DNA of 64,000 bases. It comes from Phoronis australis (Eukaryota > Animalia > Phoronida). The stretch lies in the NCBI GenBank assembly GCA_002633005.1, contig NMRA01000126.1, forward strand, positions 667,883-731,882, read 5' to 3'. The position numbers were made by a program, and so were the translations under genes. The first letter of the stretch is position 1; every line of letters starts with the position of its first letter. The notes under the pieces were generated by a model that ran no database searches, was not told the DNA's origin, and saw only the letters and a list, made by a program, of their open reading frames with translations. Positions 12,301 to 24,400 of the stretch are shown one piece after another.

Positions 12301-15300
12301 TTACTTTGTTAATAGAAAAATTGAACACGAGCAGAGGAAAGCAATTGAAATGTGCCCACAAAGGCACTACAAACAGTATGCTTTTAGGGGTGTTTATTAA
12401 TATAATAACAATAGCAATGCAGTGCATTGATGTGCGCTCACCATGTGCATCGCATGTATGGCTGACACAAGGGATGATTACTATTTCTACTTAATGGAGC
12501 AATGCTCTCCTCAATAGGAACTCACCTGCCAAGGCCGCAAAAAAATAAAACAGAAGACACAGTGGGTAGTCAGATACGTCCAAACGTTGTCATCTGTTGT
12601 CACATTCACAGAAATACACTTGCCAAATTTCACACAAATTCTCCACGAGAAACAGCTGCGTATGCGGAAAAAGCAAACTGCCACTAGGGGAGCGCCACAC
12701 TAGTCAAAACTGTCTAAAAATTGTCAACCATGCTCTTCCCAGTAGAAACATATTTACCAATGAATTTTCTTAACGATTCTTAGACTGGTTTGGCCGATGG
12801 ACGTCATCAAAAATAGTGCCAGTCGATATTAATAAAAATAGTTTGCCCCTATGGTTGTCACAGTAGTTAGATGTCATATAAAATCAACACCGGAACATGA
12901 GCATCTACCAAAGAAGTCGGAAGATATTGAAGTAAATGTACAGAAAAGCCCAAATTGGCACAAAAAGCAGGAGAGCAAATTAACAGACCTGTCCAAAAAT
13001 CAACAGTGGCCACACTCTTATCAATAGAAACAAATAACAAACTTCACAAAGATCTACCAAAAGGAAGTTGCTTGAAATTGAGGCAGTCACAAAAATCATT
13101 GTCACAACGAGAAGCCATCAATTGGATCTGTCTAAAATGAATGGCATCTGCGATCTTCTCAGTTCGATCAACATATCTAAAGCCAAATTTCATAAAGATC
13201 CATCAACAGGAAAACATCTACAGATTTTCATGATGACTCTTCAAGTGGTTTTGGCAGATTGAGAGGCAACTAATGTCAAAAACGTGAAAAAAAAAACAGG
13301 GGTATCACAGAATAGGTAGAATCCGTCTCACAAGTGGTGGCATAGCCAATATCCACCTACACTATGAAATTCAATACATTGTAGGTTTATAAAACATCAA
13401 GGACAATCCTTCATGACAGAAAGGTAAACGTCAGAAATGAAAATGTAAGAATAGCCAACAGGGTGCAGCACATACTGAATTTGTACAAAAATTGGCACAT
13501 AATTATGATGTATTCTGACTCTTAGGCAAAAACATTTTTTCGCTTCTGCGAAGATTCATCACAAAAATAAACTGACCCTAGTGGGCACAGCAGCAGTATA
13601 TAGATTAGCCAAATTTGCATGCCATCCTTTTCTTGACAAGGTCGCACGGCTGGTTTGAAGAATAGAGAGGCGGACATTGGAACAAGTTGCCCGTGGAATT
13701 TATGGTAAGATCAAAGCAAATGTGGCACATGAAAACACTTCTGTAGGCTTTTGATACGGAGACCATGGAGAAAAATTGCTGCCCTTCACCATAACATATA
13801 ATTGCCACTAATCAATTGTCCCCACTTGTCTGTATAACTATATGAAGTATCTCTTGCCTAAATACAGACTGACCCTTGTTACATCGTTGCTTCTATTTCA
13901 AACAAGAACAAAGGAGAGTTGATATGCACACATTATGCAAGCGAAAACAGTAAAGAAATTAGGGGTGCCCATTTTAAAATATACTGCACAAATCATAATT
14001 TCTGCTCAACCGGTTGAAAACAAGCCAGCAGGTCAGGAAAATAGCTGACGGTCAAGGTTGCCTAATTTTTAATAGACCAGCAGCCCATATATGAGCTGAC
14101 CTATGGTGCTGACACTGACTTTACTGTACCCCTAATAGGCCCAATTAAGCTGACCCATCTGTTGTTAGCCTAAAATTAAGGTTGCCTAATACCATTGGCA
14201 GGCTGCCCACAGCATGAAATAAATGAACATAAACTAGGGTTACATAACCGATTTACAGTCACTCATGCTGTTAGTGGTGACATGGGGTGGGACTCATCTC
14301 GAAATGGAAATTGAATATGTTGCTCTTTGGAACAAATTAGTGACCACAGGTGATGATAGGTTACTAAAAAGGGTATTGCATTTCTATGGGAGTACTCTGT
14401 TGGTAGACGGTATCAAAAATTTGCTTAACATAACTGGCATGCAATCCCTTTTTTTTAAATTTGACTACTTGTAACATAGTAGATGCTAGAAACAAACTAT
14501 TTGAATACTCAAAACATGTTTGGGCAGAGTCTGCTGTAACAAAACCCAAGTTAAGAACCTACATTTTATTTAAGCACCAGTTCTTAACTGAACCATATGT
14601 GAAGCTTAACTTATCTCATTTCGAGCGATCACTTTTGGTTCAGTTTAGAGCAGGAAACTCCCACTACACTTGGAAACTGGTCGTTATATAAACACACCTG
14701 CTTGTGTTCTGATTCTGAAGGATGAACTACACTTTGTGTTTGATTGTTCTCTTTATAACTCATGGAGGTTTATTCTGTTTAATAGTGTTTCACTTCAAGT
14801 CCCGAACTTTGCAGATTTCAGAAGATTAGATACGTTAAAACTATAGTGTTTCAGTATTTCCCTAAGCAATTCATCAAATATATCAAGTCTGCTTTTGAAC
14901 TTAGAAACTGTTGCAATTTATGGTAAAACTGAGTTGTGTGGTTAAAGTGACTCAAAAGCCCAACTGGGCTGGATACTTATTCTTCTTACCAATGTTATAC
15001 CTTAAGAATAATTATACTTGTCACTACAATAACAACAAAGTCTCCTTTTGCGTGTGCCATGTTCGCATCAGTTGCCCATTGTCATGCACAGAGCAACAAG
15101 TTCAGCCTTACCCTAGTTATCAGATGTAAGTGGGGTAAGTTGCACTAGTTTAAGTTGGTTCTAGGGTAGGCTGGGTGTGGACAGGACATTCCTTTTCATG
15201 GCAGAAGACTACTCCAACAATAAATGTGGATTTAGTCCAGTCCTCATGACTAGGAATTGTGGGTCATTTTGTCTGAATACTTTTGGCTGGTGACTGTAAA

Positions 15301-15357
15301 TCCTAAATTTCTGACAGCACATGGAAGAACCTGGGTAGATATAAAAGCAGACAAAAT

Positions 15358-15416
<59 letters not shown>

Positions 15417-18400
15417 TGTCACTAGAGTACACCACACTAGTCAGATCTGTGTAAAAATTAGCACCAATAAGAACAAATATGCCCTTTGGTGTTCATAATA
15501 TTTCTCAACCATTATACACAAGATTTTGCATAAGTCTATTAAAATAAAATTGTCAAAAATAGCTGATAACACAATTTTTTTCTTTCTCGTAATTCTTGAA
15601 TTTGAGATGGCCAATACTGCCTATTTCTAAAATTTGGTAGTTTTTTTTAGCTCCGATTGATCAAAATAATTAATTTTTTTGCGTACCAAACTGGACAATT
15701 TTTACGTAGGTGGCACAAAAATGTAGAATCCACCTGAAACTGGATAGCTAAGCTGTTGTTTGTCATATAGGCTTGTATGTCACATTTTACGAAGATCTAT
15801 CTACAAGAAACTTTGTACAAAATGAGGAAGACAGAAAGAAAACCTAAATTGTTTCTAGGGGACGTTACAGAAACCAGACACATCCCAAAATCAACATTAG
15901 CTGTGCTCTCAACAGGAACACATTTCAGAGAGATCAAATTGAGGTTAGATATTGAGGCAGATGCAAAAAGTGCCACTCAGGGGAACTACTGTAGTCGGAA
16001 CCAATGTCAGTTGTGCTCTACTCAATAAAAACTTAAGATATATGTCAAAGAACTATGTTGATATTGAGCCAAATACATGAAATCACCACTAGAGGACCCC
16101 ACAGTTATCAGGCCAGTTTGAAAATCAACATAAGGCATGCCCGTCTCCGTAGAAACAAATTTTCAAGCAGCTTGGCAGAAATGAGGTGAACACCCGAATA
16201 CTGATTCAAAAATAATAAAAAGACGACAATGTTGTACAGAATACGTCACACAATCTCTACATTCCAAAGTACTTTTATTTCTAATATAAAGGTATGAAAA
16301 CCTGCAAAAGGTTGGAAACAGGGGAGGCGCATGCCCCCATTTATTGCAACCCTCACCCCTGGTCAAAACTTGATTTTGCATTTGGCTCTAGTGTTCATTG
16401 GAAAATGGGCAGGTTATACAGTGGAGAAAACTGGTTCTCAAAATGTAAGCCGTCTTCTTCACATTAGGAACATATATGCCAATTTCCATAATCATCCTTA
16501 GAGTGGTTTGGCTGATAGAGGGGCTGATGCCAAAAAACTCAAAAACAGTAAAAATGGACAATGTGTGCGCAAAATGCATTGAATTCATGCAAAACCGGAA
16601 AGGCAGCGTCATCTCACTAATGGATAGATACCTATTTGCCAGATTTTATAAAAATCTGTAACAGAAGTTCAAAGGTACATCGATAACAATTAAAACTAAA
16701 ATTGCCACTAGGGAACACATCGGTAGTCGGATCCATTCGAAAATTATGCTCATGCTATCTCTTCCAGGAAGTAAATATATCTCTAGAATTTCATAAACAT
16801 ACATCCAAGGGCTTTGGAGATACAGTAGTGGCGCCAGATGGATGCTAGAAGGACATGGATGACAGCACAATGTGAATAATAATGGCCACTAGGTGGCGCA
16901 GAATGTCTAACCCATTTGAAAATGGGAAGCTGTCATTTTTAATAAAAACCTATTAACTAGAGTTCATCGAAATCTGCTAAAAGAAACTTCGAAGACACAG
17001 AGGCAAACGTAAAATATAACAAGAGCGAAACGCAGAGCATTGAAATGCGCCCATGAATGCACTGCAAACAATGTGCTTCTAAGGTGTTTATTTGTATCAT
17101 AAAAATGGCCATTAGATAGTGCAAAATATTTCGAATCCATCACAAAACTGGAAAATGTCACCGTTTTTTTAATATTTCATGAAAATACATCAAAAAACTT
17201 TAGCAAACCAGAAAAAATGAAATTGCCACTAGGGGACAAAGATTCATCGAATCCGTCTGAAAGCTGTCGTCTTCTGTTGTCAATGTCATATAAATACACT
17301 TGCTAAATTTAATAAACATTCTGAAAAGGGCTTAAAGGCCCTTTCATATTGACTTAACTCCGGTCTGAGCGGAGTGTCGACGTAAACAGCGCAGTTAACT
17401 GGACCGTTCATACTGGCTTCGGTAGTTAATGAACATCAAAGTAAGCGGTTGTGTGCCGCTGTCGTCATCGAAGTTATCGCCAGGTAGCGTTGCAAGCTAA
17501 GATTTTTTTCAATGTTTTAATTTGGAAATAATTTACATGTGCTAAGTGACATTAAACTGATTTTTAAATCGATTGGTCATTATTAAAGCAAAATATAAGC
17601 AGCTATTAGTGACGACACTGCCTTGTAACTGTTGACGATAACAGTGGCACCTGGCGATAACTTCGATTGGACCGGAGTTAAGCGTTCATACTGCACCGCA
17701 GCATCGACGCTGCGGTCTTAAATCCACCTCTTAACTGCGATGTTAATTGGAGCTGTTAACTGCGATCCAGGACCGGAGTTAAGCGTTCATACTGACTGCA
17801 ACTCCCCAAACCATCGACGCGTCGACGTTAGTATGAAAGGCCCTTAAGAGATACAGCTAAGGGTGCACAAAACTACCACTTAGGAGGCACCACAGTAATC
17901 ATCGTCAACCATCCTCTTCATAGTAAGTACATACATGCCAATTTTCACAATCCTCCTTAGAGTGGTTCCGTTGATGGAGGGACGGACGCCAAAAAACAAA
18001 CTCATAAACAGTAAAAATGGCCACTAGGTGGCCCAAAACACCTCAAATCTATCCAAAAACAAGAGGATAGCATCACCTCATTTATACATGCCCACGTGCC
18101 AAATTTTACAGAAATCCATCACGGACCTTTGAAGATACAGAGGTGAACGTAAAAAATAAAATTGCCCCTAAGGGGCACACCTGTCGTCTGATCTGTCCCA
18201 AAGTTGTTGACGTTCGTTGTCAACTTCATGTAAACATATTTGCTACATTTAATAAAGATCCTGTTGAGCATTTAGGAGATACAGCCATGGGCGCAAAAAC
18301 AAACACAACTGCGACTAGGAGGAGCCACAGTAGTCAAAGTCGTCAGAAAATCATCGTCAATCACCCTCTTCATAGTAAGAATATACATGCTAATTTTCAC

Positions 18401-21400
18401 AATCATCCTTAGAGTGATTAGGTTGACAGAGGGGTGAACACTAAAAAACTGACTCGAAAATAGTAAAAATGACCACTAGATGGCGCAAAATGCCTCGAAT
18501 CTATCCGAAAATGGGAGGATAGCGTCATCTCACTAATAGATGGCTATTGCCAAATTTCATGAAAATTGGTTGAGGACCTTTGAAGATACAGAGGCAAACA
18601 TAAAAAACTAAAATTACCAATAGGGGTCACAGCACTATTCGGGTCCATCCGAAACTCTTCGCCCCCATTGGAACACACCTGCCAAATTTCAATAATATGC
18701 TGCAAGGGGTTAAGGAGATACAGCTGCAGACGCCGGACCCCTAGACAGAGATGACAGCAATATGCACCCACATATAGATATATGGGCGCATAATTAAGTG
18801 GGTCCATAAAAATTATATACGGTAACCACTGTCTATCAGACATAAAATAATGAGGGCTTGGAATTCCAATGACATAAAGAGAAGAACATATTCCAGGTGA
18901 TGTATCATAATGATTCCACAAATAGGCTTGTCTGATAGAAATATTTTTTCATAAGTAAAGTCAAAATGATAATAAAAAGAAACAAAGAGAAAATTGGAAA
19001 TCAAATAAGAGAAAACCAAACTCAAAAAAGAGGAAATCCTCATAAAAGAGGAAAAGTCCAAGTCCAGGTTACTCAACTTTCCCACATGTATAAGACCTAA
19101 TTGACACATGCAGGTTTAGACTTAACAGTATGTTCATGAGAAGCCGTGGCTAAAGTTGATTTTGGACTGGTCTGACAACTACGGCACCTCCTACTGGTAT
19201 TTTTGTCTTTTTTGTGTTTATCTCTTTAATCTTTTGTAGGATCTTTGTGTGAATTTTTGCAAGTGTTAATAATTGTGACAATGGCTGCCTTTGACTTTTG
19301 GATGGCTCTGACTACCGATTATTGGCAATTATCATTTTTACATTAACTTTCCATAAGTATCTTCAGAGTTCTTTGATGGTGTGTAATGAAATTTGACAAA
19401 TATGTTAACTTTCTATTGTGAAGACAACAGCAGCTTTTCATTTTGTGATGGCTTTGATGTATTATGCACAATCTAGTCATATCTATTACTTCCAAGTCAT
19501 CTACTTCATACGCTAAAACATTCAGAATATCAAGAAAATTGGCAGATGTATTCCTACTGACAAGAGCATAAGGGATGCGGATTTTCAGATGGGTGCAATT
19601 ACCGTTGTGCCTTATAGAAATATTTCTGCATCTGTGACAGTATCTTCTAAACCCCTTTGGGAGTTTTGGCAAGTGTATTCTTATTAACTTGAAAATAGAT
19701 GGACGGGTCAACCTACCGCTTCACCTCCTAATGGCCATTTGGTTGTTTCACTTTCGCCCCTGTAATCCCTAACAGATTTTCATGAAATTTTAGCAAATAG
19801 CTTTTTATTGGGGAGACGATGACACCTTCCCAATTTCGGATACGTCGAGGTATTCTGATCTGTGTCACCTAATGGCCATTTGTGCTGGTTTTGAGGAAAT
19901 ATCTGATACATATGTTATCATCTCTGGAATTGTTACTAGTGAACTAATCCAGATTGAGTTGTCCAAATTGAGGTTGCAATCACTGAAATGGTCTGACAGT
20001 GAAATGGAGATTTTACAGTTAATAAATCCTGAATCCGAAGGTCTGTGTCACTTAAAAGTGATTCAAACCTCGAAGGGAATTTTATAATCATTTCAGGGAA
20101 ATTAAATTTTAGGCCTGATGAAGGGGCTTTAACATGATTTTAAAGAAATTTTCAGAAAGAAAATGAGGCTGAATACTGGCATCAAGGCCATAAACTTGCC
20201 TGAAAATGGACTGGTGCAGGTGCATTCCAGCTATACAACTCTAATATCAAATTTTCTCATGATCCACCGAGCAGTATTTGAGATAATTAACAGACAAGTA
20301 CAGGTGACGGCATGGAGATGAGCTATATGTGACCACAAAATTTCTGCGGGTGCACAAAAGCAAGACAAAGTACACTTTCATCATGTTTATGTTTCAAATA
20401 GACCTTTAAACACACCAATCAATGACACTTCTATACCTTGCAGTTCAAATATGACATCAGTAAGGAACAGCAGTGAAGACTGGGAAGGAGACATTTTTGC
20501 AGCATGCTTAAATGATGATGTCAACAGAGTGTCACAGTGGATGGAAAACAATGATGTGAATGTAAGTGATGAGTCAGGTGACAGTTTGTTACACTGGAAC
20601 TTACAAAACAGCAAGGGTTCATATAATGTCAGCCATTTGTTGATCAATCGAGGGGTGGCTAAGAACACGGTAAACAAACGTGGTCAAAGTGTCCTTCACT
20701 ACGCTTGCCAGTATGTGTCAGATATGCATCTGATAAACACCATACTTAAAGATGTCACAACTGACCTTGTTTGTCAGGACCAGGATGGCAACACACCACT
20801 TCACTTGGCCTGTCGTACTGTCAACTACTATGCCTTCATGCCAATATTCCTACACACAACCTATCGTGATAAAGGTAACAGTAAACGCGCAGTGGATGTC
20901 AAGAATAAGTATGGACGAACATGTCTGGATGAACTGCTCACTCAGTTAACAGAGCCTAGCAAGCTATCTGTTCCATGGCATGCAACCCTGGAGATTACCA
21001 ACAAGTTGTGTGAGCATAAGGCAGACGGTGACTGGAAGTATTTCAAGGAGACATTCACAGCAGTTGATGAATTGATTTTGGTTTGCATAACTAAAAGCTT
21101 CACTAGCATCTTAGAACGTCTACTGGAGCATTTTGTGAGCGCAAACCATAAAGTGGGTGGAGTGGACATTCTTCACTATTCTATCTATGCATGTCAGGAT
21201 GACTGTATACAGACGATTCTCAACTATGGTGCAAATGTTGACAGACATGTTACACTGTTAGAAGACTTGCAGTCTATTTGTTATGACTACAAGTCCACAT
21301 CATTCGGACTTAAGCTTGTCAGCACACTTAACACTCTCATACAAAATGGTGTACTGATAACATGTCCATCATCGCTCTCCACCATTTTAGCCACTTTAGA

Positions 21401-24400
21401 GAAACAACAGGTAAGTCCCTTCTCAATCAACAGCGTGCTTGACACCTATATCGTTAACGCTCCCAGGGTCAAAGGTGATTACATAGCCATGCTGCAGGAC
21501 AAGGATCTAAGCAACAAGCTGACAGGTACATACGGTCCAGAACTTCTCGCCAGCATTAGAGATCGCTTCACAGTCTGCCAAGCTCCTGCACTGCAGGACC
21601 TGTGCAGATGCAATATACGTGATGCAGTTCTGACTGCGCGTAAATATAACTGGAGAAGGGCTATTGACCAACTGACATTACCAAAGGCAATAAAACAATA
21701 CTTGTGGTTTGGCCGACTTGTCAATACTAATTCATTGCTAATGGCTCAATGCCACTTTATATGACATGGCACATATTTTCAAATCCTGGACCCACAACAA
21801 GTCAAATCATTATGTTGAATCATGTATGTTTTTGAAAGTCAAGCCTTGTTTCCTTTTGACTTCATGGATGTTAGACAAATTCAATGAAGTCTTCAAATAA
21901 GGCAAGTTTACAGTGCCTCCTTACTACTATGTCCAGGGTGGAGCTTGTAGCTTTTTACAGCTTAATACTCTGATTTTCATCACATCTGTGCTAATTTTTA
22001 TGGGAATTCTTTACTAATCTAGAACACAATATAGTGGACAGGTGAAATTTTATTTAAAAAAACAAATAATGAAAATTATGTTGTCTTCTTGTTACAAACC
22101 ACCATTTTCGAGACTTGGGATTGATAATCTACACCACATTGAAATTCTGGAAGATACAGCAGCAGTTATCTAATTAGCCACGGTCTTGTAATTGGCTATC
22201 CCAGATGATTATGAACAACGAAATGCACACACTTTGCTTTTCTATAGGTACACATTTCTGTTGCCTGTGCTCCACATTCTCGCGCTATTTAGTCAGTGGC
22301 AAGGCATCAAGTTTGTGGCCATTACAACAACACCACTTTCAATCATGATGTGTTCCATGTTAGTATGTACTTGCCAGGAAAAAGCTGAAGTTTGTTAATG
22401 ACACTAAAGTACGAGTTAGTCGAAGAAGCCATGGTTGCCATTTCCTTGGTTTGAATTTCGACGAGTCTTGCTTTGATGAGAGTACTCTGCACTGCTTTGG
22501 GTTTCGCGATTCGCAAATGAAAGCTTAAAATAACTAGTAAAATACCTTTTATAGAAAAAATGAGTTCATTAGCTAATTTTCAGTCCTAGCTCGGCTTCGG
22601 GTTGTGTTTCTTTTTGTTGAGTCTGATTGCCAACTTCCCTGGCTCCAAGATGTCGCATGACTGTGTTTTTGATAATTAAAAGTTGTCACTATTTTCACTA
22701 TTTGTAGAAAACAGTTTGAAGGTTAAGATGTGTTTTTGCTAATTAAGTTAAACATTATGTTTAAAATCAGTAAATATTCGTTTTCTTGGTAAATGAATCC
22801 TTGGAGATTATTCGATTGTACCATGACCTATAACTGGGAAATTAATATCGAATAAGCTGCTACATCACTCGAAAGCACAAATATCACTATTTCTTTTCTG
22901 TTATAGTCTATTTTATTCGACTTTGGCAAATGTAAACAGTCAAGTAAAATACTATAGGGGTTTCAGCAGCATGCTAACATGTTGAGAGAATGTAACTGGT
23001 GGTTTGTATCACTTTAAGTTTGTGTTTTCTGTGTGTGTGAAATAAAAAATTAGTGAAGTTTCCTAAATGATTATATTGTGAAATATTCTTGTGCAACAAA
23101 TAAGTAAATTAGCATAGCCAAGAGTTCAGGTCGCAAAATCTAAGACATACTTTAGCACAGGGCTCAACGCTATTAAGATCGCCAGGTCGCATTTTACGAC
23201 CTAGCCAAAATCCCAGGTCGCATTTTCAAAATCCAGCTTGCACTCATAAATGCCAGGTCGCAAACATTTTCCCGCCATTTTTACGCGCCAAAGTTGATTT
23301 TTCAGATCATCGAGAAAATGTTTACATTATGCTCTTACCTGCAAAGTTAAATACTCACAAATTGCAGATCGCAAAATTGAGTTCGTTCATGCAGGTACGG
23401 CGTTACTATTTTTCACGACCCCCATTGAAATGTTCTAGAGCGCAAGGCAAGTTGCTGACGTGAACGTTGAATCGATGCTCTCTAATCTAACCGATACGTG
23501 CATTAGAGTAGCTAAATTTGCGATGTGAAAAGGGAGAAAATGCCCATTGAAAAAGTATCCACGACTTTGCCAGGTCTCACCTGCTATTGGCTGTCATCAA
23601 AGTCGTAAAAGATTCAAACTAACTCGGAGTGCAAATTCCCTCCACTTTTTGTTCGCAGCCCAAATTTTGCAACTTAACTCAACGTTTGAAAAACATCTGC
23701 CAAAAAATCCATAAAACAATGCCCCAACCCAATGACGTATTTGGATGCGCGGGAACAATTCAGTGCAATTTTCACAACAAAAATGTGGTACTTATATGCT
23801 GCTTATGTACTCAACAATTAGTTTTCCATGAAATGAATAGCTTCGAAATAATTCCAGACTCCGTGTGGGTTTCCATCGGGTAATTCGAGTTTGCTCCTCA
23901 ATACCTTCCAAGTGCGGGAAAAAATAGGTCAGTCACAAAACGACACGCATGTCACTAGTGTTAACTTTCTTTCAGAGGTATGAAACAAAGCCGGGATTTG
24001 GGTTTTACATAATGAGAAAAGACGTTTTTTGAAAACTGAATGTGTTGTGTAAATTAAATGAGAATGATACAATACATAGGATGCATGTCAGGTTTAAACC
24101 ACGCGCATTTGTAGTGCGCTATAATGGGCACTAGCCTGAACTGTGGGCGTTTAATTGGAAATTCTCAAAACTTGAGGGGGAACGCTTAGTAGATTAGTGA
24201 GCGCTTATTATGAAACACTTCAAAGGTAGGGAGTAGGCTTGTGCGTGAGCATAGTCGGTCGTTAACCTGAGTGTGCGGTAATAAGATAATAAAAGTCTGC
24301 CATGGTAAGAAACGTTACAATTAAATAATACGATTTTGCGAGGCAAACTCCATCTAGTAGGGGTGACTTTCTGGATATCGTTTCCACCAACACTGTACCC

